From the NCBI GenBank assembly GCA_001799845.1, contig MGUG01000044.1, positions 20-64,019 of the forward strand: 64,000 bases of DNA, given 5' to 3'. The notes beneath the pieces were generated by a model, which did not search any database, had not been told where the DNA came from, and saw only the letters and a list, made by a program, of their open reading frames with translations. Position numbers and translations under genes: made by a program. This DNA comes from Elusimicrobia bacterium GWC2_64_44 (GTDB taxonomy: Bacteria; Elusimicrobiota; Elusimicrobia; Elusimicrobiales; UBA9959). Of the stretch, positions 53,903 to 64,000 are shown in pieces (position 1 is the first letter of the stretch; each line of letters begins with the position of its first letter).

Positions 53903-55966
53903 ATGTTCAAGAGAAAAGACAGGATCAGCGCCATCCGCAAAGAGCTCGAGGCCATAGTGGGCCCGGAGAACGTCCGCACGGAAGAAGCCGAGCTGCTGAT
54001 GTACTCCTACGATTCCGGCATGGCGCGCGCCCGGCCGGAAGCGGTGATAAACTTCACCTCCGCCGCCCAGGTAGCGCCGGTAGTGAAGATGCTCTACGGC
54101 GCGGGCGTGCCCTTCCTGCCGCGCCTCGCGGGCACCAATCTTTCCGGCGGCACCATCCCGCTGAAAGGCGGGGCGATCCTGAACCTGGCCCGGCTGAAGA
54201 AGATACGCCAGATAGACACCGCCGCCGGCCTCGCCCTCGTGGAGCCCGGCGTGGTAAACCTGGAGCTGCAGCGGGCCCTGGAGCCGTTCGGCTTCTTCTA
54301 CGCCCCGGACCCGGCCAGCCAGAAAGTTTCCACCATTGGCGGCAATATCGGCGAGAACGCCGGCGGGCCGCTGTGCCTGAAGTACGGCGTGACCGCCGAC
54401 AACGTGGAAAAGCTGGAAGTGGTCACCCCCGAGGGCGAGGTGAAGTTCTTCTCTTACTCCGACGCCGGCCCCGACCTGATGAGCGTGCTGATAGGCTCCG
54501 AGGGCACGCTCGGCATCGTGATCCACGCCTGGCTCAAGATCCTGCCGCTGCCCGCCCATATCAAGACCGCCTCCGCGGCCTTCCCCTCGCTGGACGCGGC
54601 CATCCGCGCTGTAACGCGCATCATCAGCGCCGGCATCCTGCCGCGCGCGCTGGAGGCTATGGACAAGGTTTCGCTCGACGCCGCGCTGACCGGCAAGGCC
54701 AGCCCCTTCCCCGCCGGCACCGACGCCGTGCTGATCCTGGAGCTCGACGGCGACGACCCGGTGCGGATAAAGACCGACCTGGAGACCGCGCACAAGATCT
54801 GCTCCGACAACGGCTGTGAAGCCTTCAAGGTGGCCGCCGACGAGGACGAGCGGGCGCTGCTGTGGCAGGCCCGCAAGGGCGCCTACCCCGCCATGGCCCG
54901 CCTGGCCCCCGACCTGCTGGTGGAGGACGGCGTGGTGCCGCGCCCCAAGCTGCCCGAGGCGCTGAAGGAGACCCGGGAGATAATCGCCAAGTACAAGCTG
55001 ACCGCCGGCCTGCTGTTCCACGCCGGGGACGGCAACCTGCACCCGAACGTCATCTTCGACCGGCGCGACATCGAGGAAGTGAAGCGCGTCAAGAAGGCCG
55101 GCTACGAGATGCTGAAGTCCTGCATAAAACTGGGCGGCACCATCTCCGGCGAGCACGGCATAGGCGTGGAGAAGCGCGTGGCGATGAACTGGCTTTACGG
55201 CCGCGGCGAACTGGCCTTCTTTCACTCGATCAAGCGCGCCTTCGACCCGGCGGGGCTCGCCAACCCCGACAAGATCCTGCCCGTGGCCGGCGAGAAGCCG
55301 GCCGCGAAGCCGGACCTGGCCGGCGCCTTCGTCTTCCCCGGCAAGTCCGGGCTCAGCCCAGAGGCCCGCAGCATCATCGACGAGCTGCGCCTGCGCGCGG
55401 CCTCCGGCACCCGCACGGCCGTCACCGGCCTGGGCACGCGCCTGCGGCCGGAGCGCGTCACGGAAGGCGCCCGCCCGCTGGACCTCAAATCCCTTTCCGG
55501 CCTGCTTGAGATAGACCGCGAGAACCTTACCGCGCGCGCCGAGGCGGGCCTCTCTTTCGAGGAGTTCCGCCGGCAGCTGAAAGCCGCGGGCTTCCACCTG
55601 GACCTGCCGGAGCTGAAGGGCAGCGTCGGCGGCCTGATAGCCTCCAAGGTCTGCCCGGAGATACGCGGCCTGCTGCTGGGGCTCGAGGTGGCCACCGCCG
55701 CCGGCGAGCTGCTGGAGCTGGGCGGCAAAACGGTAAAGAACGTGGCCGGCTACGACGCGGTGCGGCTGCTCTGCGGCTCGCAAGGCGCGTACGCCGTCAT
55801 CCTCTCGGCCACCTTCGCCCTCTCGGCGGGCAAGGAGCGCCAGCGCCCCCCCTTCGCGGAGCCTCCCGCCTGGGACGCTTTCGAACCGGCGGAGATCCAC
55901 CGCCGGCTCAAGAAGGAATTCGATCCGCAGAACCTGCTGAACCCGTGGATTTACAGGGGAGTTTAG
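53903..55966 (+). CDS. glcD: FAD-linked oxidase, GlcD-like with a fused GlcE-like C-terminal extension
   Basis: 687 aa. FAD-binding PCMH domain and C-terminal GEHGIG, followed by about 220 extra residues resembling the GlcE subunit. Confidence 0.75.
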   Translation: MFKRKDRISAIRKELEAIVGPENVRTEEAELLMYSYDSGMARARPEAVINFTSAAQVAPVVKMLYGAGVPFLPRLAGTNLSGGTIPLKGGAILNLARLKKIRQIDTAAGLALVEPGVVNLELQRALEPFGFFYAPDPASQKVSTIGGNIGENAGGPLCLKYGVTADNVEKLEVVTPEGEVKFFSYSDAGPDLMSVLIGSEGTLGIVIHAWLKILPLPAHIKTASAAFPSLDAAIRAVTRIISAGILPRALEAMDKVSLDAALTGKASPFPAGTDAVLILELDGDDPVRIKTDLETAHKICSDNGCEAFKVAADEDERALLWQARKGAYPAMARLAPDLLVEDGVVPRPKLPEALKETREIIAKYKLTAGLLFHAGDGNLHPNVIFDRRDIEEVKRVKKAGYEMLKSCIKLGGTISGEHGIGVEKRVAMNWLYGRGELAFFHSIKRAFDPAGLANPDKILPVAGEKPAAKPDLAGAFVFPGKSGLSPEARSIIDELRLRAASGTRTAVTGLGTRLRPERVTEGARPLDLKSLSGLLEIDRENLTARAEAGLSFEEFRRQLKAAGFHLDLPELKGSVGGLIASKVCPEIRGLLLGLEVATAAGELLELGGKTVKNVAGYDAVRLLCGSQGAYAVILSATFALSAGKERQRPPFAEPPAWDAFEPAEIHRRLKKEFDPQNLLNPWIYRGV

Positions 55967-55971
55967 ATCAC

Positions 55972-57414
55972 ATGAGCGAGCACAACACCGAAACAGATGA
56001 GCGCCCCGGGTTCGCCTGGGACCCGGAGCCCGAGCACGCCGTCGGCGGGGCCCATTTCCGCGCCGAACTCAACGAACTCTACGGCCACGAACAGGCGAAC
56101 CGCCACCTGGGCGCGCTGCTGACCGACCTGGGCGAGCGCAACCTCTACGACGCGGCCGCGCAGTGCAACCGCTGCGGCTACTGCGAGACCGTCTGCCCCA
56201 CCTACATGCTGACCGGCCGCGAGACGCTGTCGGGGCGCGGGCGCAACCAGTTCGTGCGCATGCTGATCGAGGGCCACGCCAAGAACACATCCGACGCGGC
56301 CGAGGCGCTGAACACCTGCCTGCTCTGCAGCGCCTGCACCAGCGTCTGCTACGCCAAGGTCCCTACGGCCGACATCGTGCTGGAGGGCCGCCGCGCGCTG
56401 ACCGGCTACGGCGACAATTTCTTCGCGCGGGCGGCGGTGAACACGCTGCTCAACGCCCCGCGGCTCTTCGCCTTCTGGCTCAAGCTGGCCTACCTGGCCA
56501 AGCGCACCGGCCTGCCGCGCCTGGCCGCCAAAATGGGGATCTACGATTTCATCGGCATGCCAGGCCTGGCCGAGGCCGAGGGCGGCGTGGACCGCGTGCC
56601 GCTGCGCTTCGCCTCGGAGATACTGAGGAAGGACCCCGAGCTCAGGCCCGAAGGCAGCAAGCAGCCGGGCTGGGCGTACTTCGCCCCCTGCGGCCCTAAC
56701 TTCCTGTTCCCCGAGGTGTCGCAGGCCACGGTCAGCATCCTGAAAAAGGCTTCCGGCCCCGGGATCTTCGCGGACAACCAGTGCTGCGGCCTGATGGCCC
56801 ACAACTACGGCCGCCTGGACGACGCGCGCGAGTTCGCCCGGCGCAATATCCTGCGCTACGAGGAACTTAAGGCGGCCCACGGCGAATTCCCGGTGATAGC
56901 CGACTGCGCCTCCTGCGCGGCGTTCATGAAGTCTTACGAGCAGCTGTTCACCGGCGACGCCGAGTGGCGCCCCCGGGCCAAAGCCTTCGCCGCGGCGGTG
57001 AAGGACATACTGGAATTCTATCCTGCCGACAAGGCGGAGCACGGCGACAAGGCCGCCCTTGAAAAAGCCGGCACCGTCACCTACCACGATTCCTGCCGGG
57101 CCTGCCACGGCCAGGGCATACGCCACGAGCCGCGCGTAGTGCTGCAGAAGCTGGCCGGCAAGCAGTACAAGGAGCTGCCGGAGAGCGACTGGTGCTGCGG
57201 CGGCGCGGGCGCCTACGCTTTCACCGAGGTGGAGCTTTCAAAGAAAGTCCTGGACCGCAAGCTGCGCAACATCGCCTCGGTGCAGGCCGGCACGGTGGTG
57301 GTCGGGGGCACTTCCTGCCTGGCGCAGATAGGCGCGGGCCTCAGGGACGCCTATCCTTCAGCGAGGGCCGTGCACTACAGCGTCTTCATTGACGAAACGA
57401 GCCCAAAAAACTGA
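55972..57414 (+). CDS. glcF: Fe-S oxidoreductase GlcF-like (two 4Fe-4S motifs plus CCG domains)
   Basis: CNRCGYCETVCP and CLLCSACTSVC ferredoxin motifs, then CCG motifs (NQCCGLM, DWCCGGAG). Confidence 0.8.
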   Translation: MSEHNTETDERPGFAWDPEPEHAVGGAHFRAELNELYGHEQANRHLGALLTDLGERNLYDAAAQCNRCGYCETVCPTYMLTGRETLSGRGRNQFVRMLIEGHAKNTSDAAEALNTCLLCSACTSVCYAKVPTADIVLEGRRALTGYGDNFFARAAVNTLLNAPRLFAFWLKLAYLAKRTGLPRLAAKMGIYDFIGMPGLAEAEGGVDRVPLRFASEILRKDPELRPEGSKQPGWAYFAPCGPNFLFPEVSQATVSILKKASGPGIFADNQCCGLMAHNYGRLDDAREFARRNILRYEELKAAHGEFPVIADCASCAAFMKSYEQLFTGDAEWRPRAKAFAAAVKDILEFYPADKAEHGDKAALEKAGTVTYHDSCRACHGQGIRHEPRVVLQKLAGKQYKELPESDWCCGGAGAYAFTEVELSKKVLDRKLRNIASVQAGTVVVGGTSCLAQIGAGLRDAYPSARAVHYSVFIDETSPKN

Positions 57415-57449
57415 CCGATTCTTGAACGCTTAATGCTACAATTATTTTT

Positions 57450-58610
57450 ATGACGCGCGCTGAAGAACTGGAAAACCGCTTGAAATTGCTGGTCAATTTC
57501 GGCGGCTCCGTTTCCAAGGAGACCAACCTCAGCAAACTGCTCGAGCTCATCGCCGAGCAGGTCAGGACCATTCTGGTCTGCGACCGCTGCAGCGTCTTCA
57601 TCATGGACCGGCAGACCAACGAGCTCTGGTCCAAGGTGACGCTGGGGCTGCAGCACACCGAGATCCGCGTCCCCCTCGGCAAGGGCATCGTGGGCCACGT
57701 GGCCTCCTCGGGCACGACGCTCAATATCCAGGACGCCTACCAGGACAACCGCTTTACCCACGACATAGACCGCCTGACCGGCTACCGCACGCGCAGCATC
57801 CTCGCCGTGCCGCTCAAGAACGTCAGCGGCCACATCATAGGCGTGTTCGAGGCCATGAACAAGGGGAGCGGCCCCTTCAACGTGGACGACGAGGGCATAC
57901 TGCAGCTCATCAGTTCGCTCGCGGCCTCGGGCATCGAGAACGCCCAGCTCTACGAGAGCCTCTCCAAGTCCCAGCTCGAGACCATTTACCGCCTGGCCGT
58001 CACGGCCGAGTACCGCGACCAGCAGGACACGGCCATCCACCTGCGCCACATCAGCGAGTATTCCGCGCTGATAGCGCAGGGTCTGGGCCTGCCCGAGCGC
58101 GAGATAGAGAATATCCGCTACGCGAGCCCCCTGCACGACATCGGCAAGGTGGGCATCGCCGACGCCATCCTGCTCAAGCCGGGCAAGCTGACGGCGGAAG
58201 AGTTCGAAGAGATGAAGAAGCACACGGTCTACGGCGCCAAGATCCTCTGCAACGCCGAGAGCCACCTGCTGCAGGTGGCCTGCAAGGTGGCGGGCTCGCA
58301 CCACGAGCGCTTCGACGGCACCGGCTACCCGGCCCGCCTGAAGGCCGAACAGATCCCGATCTACGCGCGCATCGTGTCGGTGGCGGACGTGTTCGACGCG
58401 CTGTGCGCGCAGCGCGTCTACAAGCCCAAGTGGGACCCGCAGAAGGCGCGCGAGTACATCATGGAAGAGAACGGCAAGGCCTTCGACCCGAACGTGGTGC
58501 AGGCCTTCGACCGGGTCTTCGGCGAGATCCTGAAGATGCAGGCCCTGGGCGACGGTAAGAGCACTATCATCCCCGGCATCACCAGGGAAATGAACCGCCA
58601 CAACTTCTGA
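57450..58610 (+). CDS. GAF-domain HD-GYP phosphodiesterase (c-di-GMP)
   Basis: The GAF region has CSVFIMDRQTNELWS. The HD-GYP region has HDIGKVGI and HHERFDGTGYP. Confidence 0.85.
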   Translation: MTRAEELENRLKLLVNFGGSVSKETNLSKLLELIAEQVRTILVCDRCSVFIMDRQTNELWSKVTLGLQHTEIRVPLGKGIVGHVASSGTTLNIQDAYQDNRFTHDIDRLTGYRTRSILAVPLKNVSGHIIGVFEAMNKGSGPFNVDDEGILQLISSLAASGIENAQLYESLSKSQLETIYRLAVTAEYRDQQDTAIHLRHISEYSALIAQGLGLPEREIENIRYASPLHDIGKVGIADAILLKPGKLTAEEFEEMKKHTVYGAKILCNAESHLLQVACKVAGSHHERFDGTGYPARLKAEQIPIYARIVSVADVFDALCAQRVYKPKWDPQKAREYIMEENGKAFDPNVVQAFDRVFGEILKMQALGDGKSTIIPGITREMNRHNF

Positions 58611-58631
58611 GCGGTCAGTCGCGCATCCTGT

Positions 58632-58660
58632 AAGGCCTGAAACTTTTCAGGCCTTTTTTG
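58632..58660 (+). terminator. Rho-independent terminator
   Basis: AAGGCCTGAAA-CT-TTTCAGGCCTTTTTTG. Confidence 0.8.
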
Positions 58661-58705
58661 CATCTAATTTTTGGAAGGGCAATACGGTTCTACAAGGAGA
58701 CTACC

Positions 58706-59095
58706 ATGAGCGATATGAAAATAACTTTTCCCGGCAACAAGAAGGTGAGCGCCAATTGGCACGGCTTCGAGATAGCCACCGACCAGCCCTCCCCGTCAGG
58801 CGACGGCTCGGCCCCGACGCCCTTCGACCTGTTCCTCGCGTCGCTGGGCACCTGCGCGGGCATCTTCGCGCTGGGCTTTATCCAGAGCCGCGGCCTCAGC
58901 TCCGAGGGCCTGGGCATCGACGTCTCCTTCGAGGTCAGCCCTGAGACCCACCTGCTCTCAAAGGCCGTCATGAAGATCACCCCCCCGAAGGACTTCCCCG
59001 CCAAGTACCTCCCGGCCCTCGTCAAAGCCGCCGAGCAGTGCCTCGTCAAACGCACCATGGACAATCCCCCCAAGTTCGAGATCACCGCGGGTTAA
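58706..59095 (+). CDS. OsmC/Ohr family protein
   Basis: The ATG follows an AAGGAG RBS. PTPFDLFLASLGTCAGI is the family motif with the reactive Cys. Confidence 0.8.
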   Translation: MSDMKITFPGNKKVSANWHGFEIATDQPSPSGDGSAPTPFDLFLASLGTCAGIFALGFIQSRGLSSEGLGIDVSFEVSPETHLLSKAVMKITPPKDFPAKYLPALVKAAEQCLVKRTMDNPPKFEITAG

Positions 59096-59104
59096 TAACT
59101 CCGG

Positions 59105-59498
59105 GCGGCCTAGCGCGGGCACAGGGTCCCAAAAACCGCGGTCTCGCACACAGTGCTCGCCGCTGCCCGTCTCGGCCCTCGCGCTACGCAAGCTCGGGCC
59201 TCCGACATGCTTTTTGTGACCCTGCACCCGCGCTCTCCGCCTGTCCCCTACTAAAACAAAACCGCCGGGCTTCCCCGGCGGCATATTTAGGAATTTAGGA
59301 ACCAGCGTCCCCTATGGGCTCTTAATTTACTTATTGCCGAGCCGTACCGGGTTGAGACCGGCGGAGACCGTGGGGATGGGTCCGACAAAACCGTCACGGA
59401 AGCCCGAGCTTGCGTAAGCGCGAGGGCTGAGTGGCGAGGGCCGAGCACTGTGTGCGAGAGCCCGGGTTTTGACGGGCCCGTCCCCACGGTAGGCCGCC
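59105..59498. repeat. Large imperfect inverted repeat (arms ~59105-59253 and ~59350-59498) with a central GC hairpin; member of the repeat family also at 3250-3352
   Basis: Perfect 18-bp cores TCTCGCACACAGTGCTCG (59142-59159) and CGAGCACTGTGTGCGAGA (59442-59459). Second cores GCCCTCGCGCTACGCAAGCTCGGGC (59175-59199) and GCCCGAGCTTGCGTAAGCGCGAGGGC (59402-59427). Termini GGCGGCCTA...TAGGCCGCC. Central hairpin CCGCCGGG-CTTC-CCCGGCGG. Confidence 0.7.
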
Positions 59499-59511
59499 CG
59501 ATGTCAGAAAA

Positions 59512-60549
59512 CTATATTTTTATCTTAGCGATGGCGAGGCTGAAGAGGAGGAACTCGGCGAGGAGGAAAACGATGATGACGAGGCCCCAGGGGAGGGTGA
59601 CCTGGGTGACGAGCCAGGCGAAGACGGAGAGGCCGAGCGTGGTGATGGAGGCGAGGCCTACGATGCGGCGGCGCGACAGGCCCAGCTTCTCCAGCCGCAG
59701 CGCGAAGTGGTCCTTGCTGCCCACGAACGGAGACAGCCCCCGGCGCAACCGCATGAACGAGACGAAGAAAGTATCGTAGATAGGCACCGCCAGGATGAAC
59801 AGCGGCGCGTAGACGCCCAGCGGGTTCACGTCGGTGTAGCGCGTCCCCAGCGCCAGCACCGCCAGCAGGTAGCCGCACACCAGGCTGCCCGAGTCCCCCA
59901 TGAAGATCTTGAACTTCTTAGAGAAATTGTATGGCAGAAAGCCCGCCGCTGCGCCCGCCAGCGCCGCCGCCGCGAAGTTCACATAGATAGATTCCGACGG
60001 CAGCGCTATCAGCAGGAAGCCGAAGGCCGCCAGCGCCGCCTGACCCGCCGAGAGCCCGTCCATGATGTCCACGATATTAAAAGCGTTGGACACGCCCACT
60101 ATCCAGATCACGCTGAGCACGAAATTCAGGTAATCCGGGTGGATGAAGTGCAGCCTGATGCCGTAATAGACCGTAAATATCGCCACCGCGAACTGCACCA
60201 CGAACTTCACCCGCACGCCCAGGCCGTTGGGCTTGCGGAAGTCGTCTATCAGGCCCAGCGCGAACATCACCGCGCCGCCGAAGAGGAGCACCCGCAGGTC
60301 GCGCAGCGTGCCGGTGGGGAAAGAGGTGACCAGGCGCATGACCACCAGCGAGGCCGCGAACGCCAGGAACACCGCGGCCCCGCCCAGCAGCGGCGTCGGG
60401 ATCTTATGCGTCTTGATATGCGTGGGCTTGTCCAGGTGGCCGAAGCGCAGCGCCAGCGCGCGCAGCAGCGGCGTCAGCGCCAGCGACAGCCCCAGCGGCA
60501 GCAGGAAGGCCAGCAGGTAGAGCTTGAAATTATCAGTCACGTCATTCAT
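59512..60549 (-). CDS. wecA: Polyprenyl-phosphate N-acetylhexosamine-1-phosphate transferase (WecA/MraY GT4 family)
   Basis: 345 aa and polytopic. HLDKPTHIKTHKIPTPLLGG, NAFNIVDIMDGL and MGDSGSL motifs. Confidence 0.85.
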   Translation of the reverse strand: MNDVTDNFKLYLLAFLLPLGLSLALTPLLRALALRFGHLDKPTHIKTHKIPTPLLGGAAVFLAFAASLVVMRLVTSFPTGTLRDLRVLLFGGAVMFALGLIDDFRKPNGLGVRVKFVVQFAVAIFTVYYGIRLHFIHPDYLNFVLSVIWIVGVSNAFNIVDIMDGLSAGQAALAAFGFLLIALPSESIYVNFAAAALAGAAAGFLPYNFSKKFKIFMGDSGSLVCGYLLAVLALGTRYTDVNPLGVYAPLFILAVPIYDTFFVSFMRLRRGLSPFVGSKDHFALRLEKLGLSRRRIVGLASITTLGLSVFAWLVTQVTLPWGLVIIVFLLAEFLLFSLAIAKIKI

Positions 60550-61411
60550 ATTGCTTCAAGATGGCGGCTATCTTGCCCAGGCTCTCGGCGGCAGGCGGCA
60601 GCGCATGCCCCAGTTTTTTAGCCAGCTTCTCCGTCTTCAGCCCGGCGCGCAGCGGGCGGGCAGCCGCCTGGCCCAGCTCCGAGGTGAGCTTGGGCTCCAG
60701 GAAGTCGGGCGCGAAGCCGAAAGCCTCGCAGGCCTTCAGCGCGAACTCGTAGCGGCTCAGCCAGTCCGGCCCTACTACATTATAGATCCCCGTGGCGTCC
60801 GCGGCGGCCAGGTCCAGCACGGCCGCGGCCAGCTCGGGCGCGTAGGTGGGGTTGGAATACTGGTCCGACGGCACGCGCATCTTAACCCCGGCGCGGCGGT
60901 TGCCGATGAGCTGCATGATGAAATTCCTGGAAGCCGGGTTGTGGCTGTAGACCACCGTAGTGCGCACCGACAGCGCGCCCTTCACCGCCAGGCAGGCCTG
61001 CTCGCCCTCCAGCTTGGTGCGGCCGTAGACGCTCACCGGGCTCGGCGCGTCGTCCTCGCCGTAAGGCCCGGCCTTCCCGTCGAAAACGTACTCCGTGGAA
61101 AAATAGACCAGTTTGGCGCCGGCCTTGGCGCATTCCGCCGCCACCAGCGCGGGGCCCTCGGCGTTGATGCGGCGCGCCAGCGCCGGGTCGCGCTCGCAGT
61201 TGTCCACGTGCGTCAGCGCGGAGGTCAGCAGCACCAGGTCGGGACGGGACTTCTCGAAGGTGTCCGGTATGGTCTCGGGCGAGGCGAGGTCCAGGTACAG
61301 GAAGCCCTGCCCCTTGCGGGAGGTGCCGTAGACCTCTATCTTGCGCCGGACGCAGAGCGAGGCCAGCGCGCCGCCCACCTGCCCCGAGGCGCCGATTATG
61401 AGGGCTTTCAT
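60542..61411 (-). CDS. rfbD: dTDP-4-dehydrorhamnose reductase (RmlD/RfbD family)
   Basis: 289 aa. IIGASGQVG and YGRTKLEGE (YxxxK). Confidence 0.8.
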   Translation of the reverse strand: MKALIIGASGQVGGALASLCVRRKIEVYGTSRKGQGFLYLDLASPETIPDTFEKSRPDLVLLTSALTHVDNCERDPALARRINAEGPALVAAECAKAGAKLVYFSTEYVFDGKAGPYGEDDAPSPVSVYGRTKLEGEQACLAVKGALSVRTTVVYSHNPASRNFIMQLIGNRRAGVKMRVPSDQYSNPTYAPELAAAVLDLAAADATGIYNVVGPDWLSRYEFALKACEAFGFAPDFLEPKLTSELGQAAARPLRAGLKTEKLAKKLGHALPPAAESLGKIAAILKQYE

Positions 61412-62124
61412 CAGTTGAAATCCGAGGCGCGCAGCGCGAGGCGCAGTTTGAGGATCTTCAGCACGCCCTTCACGGCGTCCTTGTAATTTATCTTCTTCCC
61501 CTCCTGCCGGGAGCGGGAGGTGTACTTTATCGGCAGCTCCAGGAAGCGCAGGCCCAGGAAGGCCGTTTTGCAGGAGAGCTCGGCCTCTATTTCGAAGCCG
61601 GTGGAAACCAGCTTCATCCGGCGCAGCACCGGCGTGCGGAAGGCCTTGTAGCAGGTATAAGAATCGGTTACCTTCAGCCCGAACAGCAGGTGCACCAGGA
61701 AGGTGAGCAGCTTGTTGCCGGCCAGGTAGATGCGGCTGTAGGTGTAGGTCCGTGCCGTCAGCATCCGCGAACCGAAGACCGCGTCGGCGCGGTCCTCCTC
61801 TATGGGCCGGACGATCCCGGGGATCTGCGCGGGGTCGTACTCCAGGTCCGCGTCCTGCACTATCACGATGTCCCCGGCGGCGGCGGTAAAGCCGGTGATC
61901 AGCGCGCCGCCCTTGCCCTTGTTCGCCGCGTGCTTTACCAGCTTAATGTCGCAGGGGAATTCCTTGTCCGCTATGGCCTTTTCAAGCCACTCGCGCGTGC
62001 CGTCCCGGGAGCCGTCGTCCACCACTATGACTTCCTTGTCCAGGGGGATGGCGGACACCGCCTTCAGCACGGCCGGCAGCGTCTTCATCTCGTTGTAGGA
62101 CGGGATCACTATGGTGGTTTTCAT
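61411..62124 (-). CDS. Glycosyltransferase family 2 (polyprenol-phosphate sugar synthase-like)
   Basis: Preferred start is MKTTIVIPSYNEMKTL. VIVVDDGSRDGT and QDADLEYDP. Confidence 0.8.
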   Translation of the reverse strand: MKTTIVIPSYNEMKTLPAVLKAVSAIPLDKEVIVVDDGSRDGTREWLEKAIADKEFPCDIKLVKHAANKGKGGALITGFTAAAGDIVIVQDADLEYDPAQIPGIVRPIEEDRADAVFGSRMLTARTYTYSRIYLAGNKLLTFLVHLLFGLKVTDSYTCYKAFRTPVLRRMKLVSTGFEIEAELSCKTAFLGLRFLELPIKYTSRSRQEGKKINYKDAVKGVLKILKLRLALRASDFN

Positions 62125-62253
62125 CGCTTTGAAATTATAACAAAGATAGGAAAGACAAAAGAAGGCGGGCGCGGCCGGCCGGCGCACACGCCCTTCCTCC
62201 GCGGCCCGTCTTTTAATATAATAGATATCATTCAGCGGTTAATGGAGGAACTC

Positions 62254-64000
<1,747 letters not shown>

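Noticed and set aside
59339-59375. GAGCCGTAC... resembling the 5' half of group II intron domain V.
   Set aside because: The complementary ACGTACGGTTC half is absent, there is no reverse-transcriptase ORF, and the sequence is better explained as part of the inverted repeat.

Overview
This is a GC-rich bacterial chromosomal window. It looks like an anaerobic, diderm, probably uncultivated lineage, but I cannot place it taxonomically from sequence alone. It holds about 60 genes, and most are recognisable housekeeping or metabolic functions.

Recognised content:
- Heat-shock and replication: an hrcA-grpE-dnaK operon behind a consensus sigma70 promoter plus a CIRCE operator, dnaX-recR, comEC and arfB.
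- Metabolism: a flavodiiron protein, a MurC-like ligase, fhs, ferritin, a glcD/E fusion with glcF, a tryptophanase-like lyase, patatin and a GAF-HD-GYP protein.
- Transport: ridA-malQ-TatT-DctP, with the matching TRAP permease genes dctQM 8 kb further on.
- Modification enzymes: two radical-SAM enzymes and several methyltransferases and glycosyltransferases.
- A terminal wecA-rfbD-GT2-degT-fcl glycan cluster.
- No rRNA, tRNA, CRISPR array, transposase or prophage was seen.

The stand-out is a minus-strand island of about 11 kb (10.6-21.6 kb).
- It has six consecutive genes (called A-F here), plus a seventh look-alike (G) at 24.3-26.0 kb.
- Each encodes an N-terminally membrane-anchored protein of several hundred to 1145 aa. 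The proteins are extremely Gly/Ser/Ala/Thr-rich, with FG-like motifs, (GT)n tracts, Cys-rich modules and, in B-E, C-terminal hydrophobic helices.
- Shared short motifs show they form a diverged family. I recognise no known domain in any of them.
- The island has its own promoters and terminators. Two of the promoters share an identical 12-nt block.
- It abuts a beta-barrel outer-membrane protein gene.
- I regard it as the best candidate for an undescribed envelope system, but its function is pure inference.

Other notable items:
- A GspE/PilB-type secretion ATPase has its N-terminal domain replaced by a receiver domain. It is translationally coupled to a cytoplasmic PAS histidine kinase and preceded by an AraC-type response regulator.
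- A family of highly structured GC-rich repeat elements sits in two convergent intergenic regions.
- An A10 slippery run in dnaX has stop codons in both alternative frames.
- The ComEC C-terminal metallo-beta-lactamase domain lacks its HxHxDH motif.

Many long ORFs in the supplied track are antisense shadows of real genes, as expected at this GC content, and were not called.
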